A stretch of 24,925 bases of DNA from the IMG/VR virus record IMGVR_UViG_3300027813_000082, positions 1 to 24,925 of that record; one strand, given 5' to 3'. The position numbers and the translations under genes are program-made. The DNA comes from a virus (lineage: Duplodnaviria; Caudoviricetes). Positions 1 to 7,590 of the stretch are shown here, piece by piece (position 1 is the first letter of the stretch; each line of letters opens with the position of its first letter). The notes beneath the pieces were generated by a model, which saw only the letters and a list, made by a program, of their open reading frames with translations, was not told where the DNA came from and made no database searches.

Positions 1-903
1 TACCTTCTTAAAGTCAAGTATTTCTCTGTTTGTAGAATCGCCAAGCTCACCACCATCGTGGAAGATGTCTAAGTTTCCTGTTGTAGCATTAATGCTTGAA
101 CTTACACCTGGAATGTTTGCCGCATTAATTGCCGAGTTAACATTTGATAATGCAGTTCCACCTGTCGCAACTGTTATGCCATTAATAGACATGTTCTGAC
201 TGTTTGTTACTGCTGTTCCAGACGCTACTGAAACTACAGGTAGTGATAAGTGCCATGCACTTGATCCAACTTGTACCCAAGTATTTGATTCAGTTTTTTT
301 GTAAATCTTGTTAGTAACGTGTGTTGTATTAATTACATAATCACCTGTGATACCAATTGAAGTTTTAGGTGCTCCAGTTGAAACTCCTCCAACTAAATCA
401 GTAACTGTTGTAATAAGTGTTGGTGTTATTGTTGTGAATGCTTGATCTGTTTTTGACCACTCGAATAATCCAAAGCTAGTTGATGCAAGGTCAAACCAGT
501 ATGTACCATCTGTTGGTTTAGCAGTTGGAGCCGATGCACTTCCTAGTAATTCACTAGTGTCAACATTTGCTCTTAAAACGTATGCTCTGTTGGCAACTCC
601 TAAGAAAGAGTATGCCGCTTGTAGACCCCATTCATTTAATTCATAACCTTGTAATGAATTGCCTGATGCGTCTTGATAAAATTTTGGATCGCCAAAAGTT
701 TCTGTTAATTCTCTTTGAGAAGAAATCAAATAAGCAGTATTGGCATTTGTAGTTTGTGTTCCTGATGCCGTGCTATCGCCTGCTCCGTTCTTCTTGTCTT
801 GTGATGATGCTACTATAAAAAGTGGTGTAGTACCTGCATCTGAAGGTACATAAAAACTCTCGTTTATTACACTTACTTCTACTCCTGGTGCTGTTAATGC
901 CAT
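1..903 (-). CDS. Contractile tail sheath protein (T4 gp18-like), 5' part; runs off the window edge
   Basis: Not in the ORF track (no stop in window). Manual translation from ATG 903: MALTAPGVEVSVINESFYVP...SQRELTETFGDPKF...NEWGLQAAYSFLGVANRAYVLRA, the typical sheath N-terminus. SD AAGGAG and TATAAATA lie upstream. Confidence 0.92.
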   Translation of the reverse strand, partial: MALTAPGVEVSVINESFYVPSDAGTTPLFIVASSQDKKNGAGDSTASGTQTTNANTAYLISSQRELTETFGDPKFYQDASGNSLQGYELNEWGLQAAYSFLGVANRAYVLRANVDTSELLGSASAPTAKPTDGTYWFDLASTSFGLFEWSKTDQAFTTITPTLITTVTDLVGGVSTGAPKTSIGITGDYVINTTHVTNKIYKKTESNTWVQVGSSAWHLSLPVVSVASGTAVTNSQNMSINGITVATGGTALSNVNSAINAANIPGVSSSINATTGNLDIFHDGGELGDSTNREILDFKKV

Positions 904-944
904 GTTATGTGTTCTCCTTGCAAGTTTGTACGTATATACTGAAG

Positions 945-952
945 TATTTATA
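945..952 (-). promoter_or_regulatory. T4-type late promoter TATAAATA for the sheath gene
   Basis: Perfect T4 gp55 consensus about 40 nt upstream of the ATG. Confidence 0.8.
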
Positions 953-1010
953 AGAAACTAGGTAATTCGATACGTAATTTGCTAAAACTGTGGTGCCTAT
1001 ATAGGCAACG

Positions 1011-1016
1011 TAAATA
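1011..1016 (+). promoter_or_regulatory. Late promoter core TAAATA (leaderless)
   Basis: 7 nt upstream of ATG 1024; no SD. Confidence 0.6.
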
Positions 1017-1023
1017 CTTGTAT

Positions 1024-1383
1024 ATGAACAATACAGTTAGACCCTTATGTGTAGAATGTAGATCCAAACCTAGAGCATATGCCTATAAGAAAGGTGACAA
1101 GATCTATTGGCGTAGACTGTGTGATACCTGTAATAGAAAGAAGCGTAATAAGAAAGTAGGCGGAATCACAGCACTGCAACGTTCAGGATATAAAAAGAAA
1201 AACAAGTGTGAATTGTGCGGGTTCAAAGCACAGAATCAAAGTCAATTAGATGTGTTCTTTGTGGACGGAAATTTGAGGAATACTATTGTTACTAATTTAA
1301 AAACTGTTTGCGCCAATTGCCAAAGGTTGCAAGGGGTCAAGCGTCTCGGCTGGCGTTTGGGTGATCTTGTTGCTGATGACTAG
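1024..1383 (+). CDS. Zinc-finger protein with a degenerate HNH motif (119 aa)
   Basis: Four CxxC pairs (CVEC, CDTC, CELC, CANC). LDVFFVDGNLRN...NLKTVCANCQR follows HNH spacing but lacks both histidines. Start moved from TTG 979 to ATG 1024, downstream of TAAATA. Confidence 0.75.
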   Translation: MNNTVRPLCVECRSKPRAYAYKKGDKIYWRRLCDTCNRKKRNKKVGGITALQRSGYKKKNKCELCGFKAQNQSQLDVFFVDGNLRNTIVTNLKTVCANCQRLQGVKRLGWRLGDLVADD

Positions 1384-1932
1384 GTCGTCAATTTTTGCAT
1401 ATAATTCTTCTTTTGTACCATCATTGTCAATAGTAAAATCAAAGTCCCAACCCATCCAATCCCATTCTGATTGATGTGCACCTTTTTGTTGCATTTCTTC
1501 TCGTGTGGGTAATTCACCTCTTTTGACTAATATTAATTTTCCGCCGGATTTACGTATCATTTTAAGTTCATTTTGAAATCTAGTATCAGCAATCACAGTT
1601 GGCTTACCGTTGTATCTCATCAAGCAACTGTCGATCCATATAGCGTCATGCATGTTTTGACGCATGACTTCTGTGCCAAAGTATTGTAGTACCCAACGAG
1701 GGGTTACTTCTTTGCCAAATCGTTCACTCCAAAACTTATCAGGAGTTTCTCTCCAGTGTCTGCTTGATTCAGTTTTGCCTTCCAGCATTTCTCTGTCCCA
1801 ATTAAACATGGAACTTACAGCATCTTTTAAACTTTTTGCAAATGAATCTTTACGGAAGTTGTGTTTTTGCTCCAGTCTATCTGCGACTGTGCCTTTACCA
1901 GAACTTATTAAACCTACTACACCTATTAACAT
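1297..1932 (-). CDS. Deoxynucleoside monophosphate kinase (T4 gp1-like)
   Basis: N-terminal P-loop GLISSGKGT plus SFAKSLK, TPRWVLQYFGTE, DTRFQNE and HQSE motifs. Confidence 0.9.
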   Translation of the reverse strand: MLIGVVGLISSGKGTVADRLEQKHNFRKDSFAKSLKDAVSSMFNWDREMLEGKTESSRHWRETPDKFWSERFGKEVTPRWVLQYFGTEVMRQNMHDAIWIDSCLMRYNGKPTVIADTRFQNELKMIRKSGGKLILVKRGELPTREEMQQKGAHQSEWDWMGWDFDFTIDNDGTKEELYAKIDDLVISNKITQTPAETLDPLQPLAIGANSF

Positions 1933-1938
1933 AGATTT

Positions 1939-1967
1939 ATTATACTATTTTTTTAAACGTTTTTCAA
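1939..1967 (-). promoter_or_regulatory. Sigma70-type promoter for the dNMP kinase
   Basis: TTGAAA (1967-1962), 17-nt spacer, TATAAT (1944-1939); ATG 6 nt downstream. Confidence 0.65.
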
Positions 1968-2127
1968 TCTCTTTTTTGACATCATGAATCTGTGTCAATA
2001 CCAGTCTACGCATACTCAGTTTCTTTTCTTTTAGGCAATGAATAGAGATGTTTTCTAAATCGTCCACCATATCGGCTAATTCATCTATCGTGCATTTGGT
2101 AAGTTTTTTATATTTGGAATCTATCAT
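1945..2127 (-). CDS. Hypothetical small charged helical protein (60 aa)
   Basis: Fills the gap between gp13 and the kinase; TAAATA (2141-2136) lies 8 nt upstream of the ATG. Confidence 0.65.
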   Translation of the reverse strand: MIDSKYKKLTKCTIDELADMVDDLENISIHCLKEKKLSMRRLVLTQIHDVKKEIEKRLKK

Positions 2128-2176
2128 GATACTACTATTTAAAACACTTTGTGGTAGAGCAATCTAGTACTAGAAG

Positions 2177-2938
2177 TTAACCAATAACAAAACTGTGTGG
2201 AGTGCCGCCTTCTTGGAAGTTACCTATGTCGCCTTCAAGTCTTTCAATTTCTGCTTGGCCTTCTTGTTTTAACGCATCACCGTTAAGCGTTGTTCCGCCT
2301 TGCGGGCCAGCAATGGTATTAAATTTTCCCCTTGCTTCACCTAACATAAGTTTAGATACTGCAAGTGTATAATCTCTAATCCATGGCTTAGAATATATGT
2401 CTTTGAACAGTGTTATGTCTGGTCTATAGTTGTCAGTGTGCATAAGAACTGTTTCGTTGTCAGCTCTAGGTCTTTGTGTCATTGTTAATTTCTTTGTTGC
2501 TACATCAAAATGGAATTGAATAAAACTTCCAAACATTTTCCCCACCATTTCTTGGTATGATGCAAAAGCATAGTAAGTTGCTAGTCCACCTGTTGCACCT
2601 GCTCTCAACAAGTATGTGTTTGTGTAGGCCAAGTTGAAAGGTTCAAACAATGTACCACCTTCTCCACCTTCAGTTCTTGATCCAACAGTTCTTCTGTTTA
2701 AATTTCTTACGTTGATAACCTCATCTGGTAGAATATATTCGTTTTGATTTTTCTTAAGTTTAAGAAAAGCATAAGATTCTTCCACAGCATTTGATGATCT
2801 CTGTCTATATTTGTTAAGTGCTCTAGTTAGAGCAGTTTCGTAGTGTTTAGGGTCTAATTCAACGTCAATCATGCCATCACCTAGGCTGTTCTTAACGTAA
2901 TCATATATCTCTTGTTGACCTGTTTGAAGTTCTGACAT
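2177..2938 (-). CDS. Neck protein (T4 gp13-like), 253 aa
   Basis: LGDGMIDVELD at the N-terminus; WIRDYTLAVSKLMLGEARGKF...GPQGGTTLNGDALKQEG and terminal FVIG are gp13-like. Start reassigned to ATG 2938 (MSELQ), downstream of TAAATA. Confidence 0.85.
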   Translation of the reverse strand: MSELQTGQQEIYDYVKNSLGDGMIDVELDPKHYETALTRALNKYRQRSSNAVEESYAFLKLKKNQNEYILPDEVINVRNLNRRTVGSRTEGGEGGTLFEPFNLAYTNTYLLRAGATGGLATYYAFASYQEMVGKMFGSFIQFHFDVATKKLTMTQRPRADNETVLMHTDNYRPDITLFKDIYSKPWIRDYTLAVSKLMLGEARGKFNTIAGPQGGTTLNGDALKQEGQAEIERLEGDIGNFQEGGTPHSFVIG

Positions 2939-2940
2939 AC

Positions 2941-2976
2941 ACATATTTATTACCTTTGCCTGTGCAATAAATATGT
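2941..2976. promoter_or_regulatory. Divergent late promoter pair forming an 11-bp inverted repeat
   Basis: ACATATTTATT (2941-2951) and AATAAATATGT (2966-2976); each contains TAAATA pointing at a nearby ATG. Confidence 0.75.
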
Positions 2977-2981
2977 ATGAT

Positions 2982-4151
2982 ATGCCAAGATTGTCCATTT
3001 TTAAGCCCGAGAAAGGTAATGACTATAAGTTCTTCGATCGTAACATCAAAGAGATGTTTATCGTGGGTGGAACTGACCTTCATTTTCACAAATACCTAGG
3101 GCCATACGATCAAGGTGACGAGAACAAAGACGGAGCGGCATCTCCAACAAATCCGCAATATTCAGGTGATAGTCTGAATGAAAGAACCATACAAGATTTA
3201 CTATTCTTAGAAAATAGAGACAGAAAATATGCAGACGATGTGTATGTTATTAGAGGCATATACAATGTACAGGATCAAGATTTTAATCTATCACAATTTG
3301 GAATGTTTTTATCCAACGACACACTTTTTTTAACTGTACATCTAAATGACATAGTTGAAAGAATAGGAAGAAAACCCATGAGTGGTGATGTAATAGAGTT
3401 ACCGCACATGAAAGAAGATTATTCATTGGACGAAAGTATACCAATTGCACTGAAAAGATACTACGTGGTAGAAGATGTAAACAGAGCCGCAGAAGGATTT
3501 TCACAAACTTGGTGGCCACACTTGTTAAGATTAAAAATGAAATCACTAGTTGATTCACAAGAATACAAAGACATACTAGGTGATGCAACAACAACTGGAT
3601 CACTTGCAAGTTATATGTCAACTTATAACAGAGAAAAAACAATTAACGAGCAAATAGTTGCTCAAGCAGAATCAGATGCACCCAAGGCAGGATTTAACTA
3701 CAAGCAATACTATGTTGCACCTATAGACGAAAGAGGAAATATTAGAACTGACAATGTAAACTCTGCACAAAGTAGAGCAAGTTCGTCAAGGAAAGTTAAC
3801 GCAGTAATAGACACACCAGCAAGTTCACACTATGGATTTTATTTGGACGGAGATGGCGTTGCACCAAACGGAGCACCTGCAGGATTTGGTATAAATTTTC
3901 CTACTTCGAATGTGGACAAAGGCGACTACTTCTTGAGAACAGATTACTTGCCAAACAGATTGTTCCGTTATGATGGTGCCAGATGGATTAAAATTGAAGA
4001 TAGTGTTAGAATAACTACAACAAACAATGATTCTAGAGGCAACTTTAAAACTAATTTTGTTAACAATGCAACAGAATCAACAATAAACGGATTAACAACA
4101 AAACAAAGACAGTCTTTAACTAATGCATTAAAACCAAAGGCTGACAATTAA
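2982..4151 (+). CDS. Neck/head-completion protein (T4 gp14-like) with a C-terminal extension
   Basis: DLLFLENRDRKY, LSQFGMFL and GRKPMSGDVIELPH motifs; lies between the gp13- and gp15-like genes. Start probably MPRLS at 2982 (2973 is the alternative). Confidence 0.75.
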   Translation: MPRLSIFKPEKGNDYKFFDRNIKEMFIVGGTDLHFHKYLGPYDQGDENKDGAASPTNPQYSGDSLNERTIQDLLFLENRDRKYADDVYVIRGIYNVQDQDFNLSQFGMFLSNDTLFLTVHLNDIVERIGRKPMSGDVIELPHMKEDYSLDESIPIALKRYYVVEDVNRAAEGFSQTWWPHLLRLKMKSLVDSQEYKDILGDATTTGSLASYMSTYNREKTINEQIVAQAESDAPKAGFNYKQYYVAPIDERGNIRTDNVNSAQSRASSSRKVNAVIDTPASSHYGFYLDGDGVAPNGAPAGFGINFPTSNVDKGDYFLRTDYLPNRLFRYDGARWIKIEDSVRITTTNNDSRGNFKTNFVNNATESTINGLTTKQRQSLTNALKPKADN

Positions 4152-4153
4152 GA

Positions 4154-5596
4154 ATGTTACACTTTTACGAAGGACAGGTTAGAAAATTTTTAACTCAATT
4201 CATTAGAATTTTGAGTAACTTTTCTGTGGAGACAGGCAGAGGTAAAGATGGCGAAGTAAATTTAAGAGCAGTGCCTGTTGTATACGGAGATCCCACAAGA
4301 CAGGTTGCAAGTATTATTAGAAACAACAGTGAGAACGCTTTACAGTATGCCCCAAGAATTGCCGCATATGTTAGAGAATTAAATTATGATAGAGAAAGAA
4401 TGCAAAATCCTTATCATATTGAAAAACAACATTTAAAAGAACGTGATGTATTAGCAGACGGAAGTTACAGTGATAGATTAGGTGCTGGATATACTGTTGA
4501 AAAAGTTATGCCATCTCCTTTTAGATTGGAAGTGTCAGCTGATATATGGACAACAAACACAGATCAAAAACTACAAATTATGGAACAGATATTATATCTG
4601 TTTAATCCAGACTTTGAAATACAAAAATCAGACAACTATATTGACTGGACCAGTTTAAGTTATGTTGAATTACAGAACATCACCTTTAGTAGTAGAACGA
4701 TACCAGTGGGTGCAGACTCAGAAATAGATGTTGCAACATTAACTTTCTCAATGCCTATTTGGCTATCACCTCCAGTTAAGGTTAAGAAGCTAGGTGTTGT
4801 ACAAAAAATTATAATGAGCATATATGATGACGACGGCGGAATAGCAAAAGGTTTAATAGATGGAGAATTAACATCAAGAAGTTTCATAACACCAAACAAT
4901 TTTGGATTGTTAGTAACAGGTAATCAGTTAAGATTGTTAGGTAGCACAGGCGTTAATGTTAAGTCAGGTGGTCCTGGATTTCAATCTGGAGCAAATGAGC
5001 CAAGTAATTTTGATCCGTTTGAAACATTTGGACCAGCAGTTAACTGGAAAACACTGTTAGAACAGTACGGAAAAGTTGTAAGTGGCACATCGGAAATTAG
5101 ATTAACACAGCCAAATGGCAACGAAATTATAGGAACTATTGCAACAACCACACTAGACGATACAATATTATTATACAATCCAGATTCGGATACCATACCA
5201 AGCAACACGCTGACAGCAGTTAAGAAAATTATTAATCCTGCAACATTTAGTCCAGGCACACCAGCAAACGGTGACAGATATTTGGTTATAAATGATGTGG
5301 GAGATTCAACAGCATCCATGCAAAGTGCAACTTGGGGTACACTTGTAGCAACTGTTGGCGATATTATAGAGTACAACAGTGCAACAGGCAAATGGAACAT
5401 AGCCTTTGATGCTTCAGATCCAGACTCAACACAACATTATGTTACTAACTTGAACACAGGTATACAGTATAGATGGGACGGAACCGAATGGAAGAAGTCC
5501 TATGAAGGAATATATGCCGCTGGTAAATGGAGCATAGTACTAGACGGTGGAGCAGATCCAGGATACAATTCAAGCCTTGACGCAACTACTCCATAA
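4154..5596 (+). CDS. Tail sheath stabiliser/tail terminator (T4 gp15-like) with extra C-terminal domains
   Basis: HFYEGQVRKFLTQF, VPVVYG, DQKLQIMEQILYLFNP and LTFSMPIWLSPP motifs. At 480 aa it is much longer than T4 gp15. Confidence 0.85.
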   Translation: MLHFYEGQVRKFLTQFIRILSNFSVETGRGKDGEVNLRAVPVVYGDPTRQVASIIRNNSENALQYAPRIAAYVRELNYDRERMQNPYHIEKQHLKERDVLADGSYSDRLGAGYTVEKVMPSPFRLEVSADIWTTNTDQKLQIMEQILYLFNPDFEIQKSDNYIDWTSLSYVELQNITFSSRTIPVGADSEIDVATLTFSMPIWLSPPVKVKKLGVVQKIIMSIYDDDGGIAKGLIDGELTSRSFITPNNFGLLVTGNQLRLLGSTGVNVKSGGPGFQSGANEPSNFDPFETFGPAVNWKTLLEQYGKVVSGTSEIRLTQPNGNEIIGTIATTTLDDTILLYNPDSDTIPSNTLTAVKKIINPATFSPGTPANGDRYLVINDVGDSTASMQSATWGTLVATVGDIIEYNSATGKWNIAFDASDPDSTQHYVTNLNTGIQYRWDGTEWKKSYEGIYAAGKWSIVLDGGADPGYNSSLDATTP

Positions 5597-5606
5597 TTGT
5601 TATAAT
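5577..5606 (+). promoter_or_regulatory. Sigma70-type promoter with extended -10 for the Nudix gene
   Basis: TTGACG (5577-5582), 18-nt spacer ending in TGn, TATAAT (5601-5606); ATG 5 nt downstream. Confidence 0.7.
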
Positions 5607-5611
5607 AATAC

Positions 5612-6040
5612 ATGGAAAAAAATATAGTATGTTCTGGTGCATTGTTTTATTCGACCAGCACCAAACGTTTCTTATTCTTACAAAGAACTGATAAAAAAAC
5701 ACAGGGCATGTGGGGATTGGTCGGTGGACAGGCCAAGTACACAGAATCAGCATTTGAAGGATTGAAAAGAGAGATCACAGAAGAAGTAGGTGGCTTGCCC
5801 AAGTTTAAAAAAATAATTCCTCTAGAAATGTTTACATCAAATGATCAGAAGTTTTTCTTCCACACATATCTCATAGCCATCGACGGGGAATTTATTCCTA
5901 AACTAAATGACGAACATTCAGGATACTGTTGGACTGCGTTTGAATGTTGGCCCAAGAATTTGCACATGGGTCTTAAAAATACACTGAATAATAAAAGTAT
6001 AAAAGGTAAGTTACAAACTATACTAGACTTGATTGTCTAG
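5612..6040 (+). CDS. Nudix hydrolase
   Basis: Complete Nudix box G-QAKYT-E-SAFEGLK-REITEEVG; LNDEHSGYCW C-terminal motif. Confidence 0.93.
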   Translation: MEKNIVCSGALFYSTSTKRFLFLQRTDKKTQGMWGLVGGQAKYTESAFEGLKREITEEVGGLPKFKKIIPLEMFTSNDQKFFFHTYLIAIDGEFIPKLNDEHSGYCWTAFECWPKNLHMGLKNTLNNKSIKGKLQTILDLIV

Positions 6041-7590
6041 CCAGCACTGATTTTCAAAGTACCACTATCGTTCCACAGTTGTCCTGCGTTGCTTGGGTCA
6101 CTTGTTGGCAAGTTTGTCATCATCACAACAGCATTCGAGAATGTTTTCGCACCTGATATAGTTTGTGTTGTGCTTGTTAACACCTGCAAGTCAGTTGCCG
6201 CTCCACCTGACGTTCTCAACATCTGTACCCTGTAACCATTAACAGTTGTAGAACCTCCACTGGTGCTTGACGCTGACAATGTCACAGTCGTGCCTGATAA
6301 TGATGCTGTGAATGTTAATTGATCTGTACCTTTAGAACTAATTCCTGTGCTGGCAACGTAAGCATCTGTACCATCTGACACTACAAAAACTTCTGCTATA
6401 GAATCATCACTTGCACCTGCATTGTGTCCAGTGATAACATAGTGACAACCTGTTGCACCGTCTGTTGTAAATGTGTCTATCTGTGTGGCACTGCTTGATA
6501 CTGTGGTTGCACCCACTGTCCTTGTGTTGGTACTTGTTGCCGTACTTTGTGCATCTGACAGTAGAACCCTGTACATTTTTACTGCTGTGTTTGGCTCGTT
6601 TCCTGTTGCACGTAGTCTTACAGTGCTTCCGCTGATGTCTGCGGTCAAACTTATTAAAGGATCATTACCAGTGTGTACGTCGTTGTATGTTGTAATAAAG
6701 GCGTCAGTTCCGTTGTGGACGACCATACACTCAATGTTTTGTAGTTCTGTTTTGCCAGTGTTGTTTGCACTGATATAATATTTTGCACCTCTGTAACTTG
6801 CATGAGCCCATGTGTCTATGTTTTCAACAGCACTGTCGACATCTGTGTTGATTAATGTTGCTGTGTTTCCTGAACTACTTTCTGATGTGGCATCTCCTAA
6901 TCCTATTTTGTAAAACTTAACTGAGTTCACCGTGCTTGACCCAGTTCCTCTTAATCTTACTGTGCCTGAGTTAATGTCTGCTGTGTATGATATGTGTGAA
7001 TTACTTCCTGTTCTAACTCCACCACCTGCTGACACAAATGCACTAGTATTGTTGTGCACCAATGAAACTTGTTGTGCCGCTATTTCTTCGTTGATTTCAT
7101 CTTTTGCTATTGCTAGATAAAATGCAGAATCAAACACACTTGTTCCAAATGTATCAATATTTTTTACGCTAGTCCCTACTGACAGTGTTTCACCGATTGA
7201 GACGTCATCGGACTCTGCCGCGGCCGCCGCCTGTGTGGCAATGTCAACGAAGGCTCCTGCACTTACATCATATCTTTCATACCTGGCGAGTGTTGTGTTG
7301 TAACGCAACATACCTGCCGCACCAGTCGGTGCTTGTGCCGTTGTACCTTTGGGTACTACAATGGCTCCAGTACTAGAAACTGTTACGTTACCTGTACCTT
7401 TTGCCGTTAGTGTTAAATCAATGTTTGAGTCATTACCTTGTGCAGTAAGTGCCACTCCTGTACCTGTTGCAGAACCAACGTTCTTAAGTGTGTTAACCAA
7501 GTTGGATGCCGAGTTATCAACAACCTCTTGACCTTTACTGAATAATTTTTTTGTTTTGTTGTTCCATTGGAACCCTCTGGTTCTAGCCAT
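6037..7590 (-). CDS. Virion fibre/structural protein with three tandem repeats of about 110 aa
   Basis: Thr/Ser/Gly/Ala-rich. Three IDT(F/W)...Y...(H/S)(N/D)(G/N)T repeats and a PKGTTAQAP..GMLRYNT module. Start overlaps the upstream stop (TAATG). Confidence 0.75.
   Translation of the reverse strand: MARTRGFQWNNKTKKLFSKGQEVVDNSASNLVNTLKNVGSATGTGVALTAQGNDSNIDLTLTAKGTGNVTVSSTGAIVVPKGTTAQAPTGAAGMLRYNTTLARYERYDVSAGAFVDIATQAAAAAESDDVSIGETLSVGTSVKNIDTFGTSVFDSAFYLAIAKDEINEEIAAQQVSLVHNNTSAFVSAGGGVRTGSNSHISYTADINSGTVRLRGTGSSTVNSVKFYKIGLGDATSESSSGNTATLINTDVDSAVENIDTWAHASYRGAKYYISANNTGKTELQNIECMVVHNGTDAFITTYNDVHTGNDPLISLTADISGSTVRLRATGNEPNTAVKMYRVLLSDAQSTATSTNTRTVGATTVSSSATQIDTFTTDGATGCHYVITGHNAGASDDSIAEVFVVSDGTDAYVASTGISSKGTDQLTFTASLSGTTVTLSASSTSGGSTTVNGYRVQMLRTSGGAATDLQVLTSTTQTISGAKTFSNAVVMMTNLPTSDPSNAGQLWNDSGTLKISAG

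Noticed and set aside
567-752. 61-aa plus-strand ORF
   Set aside because: It lies antisense within the tail sheath gene.
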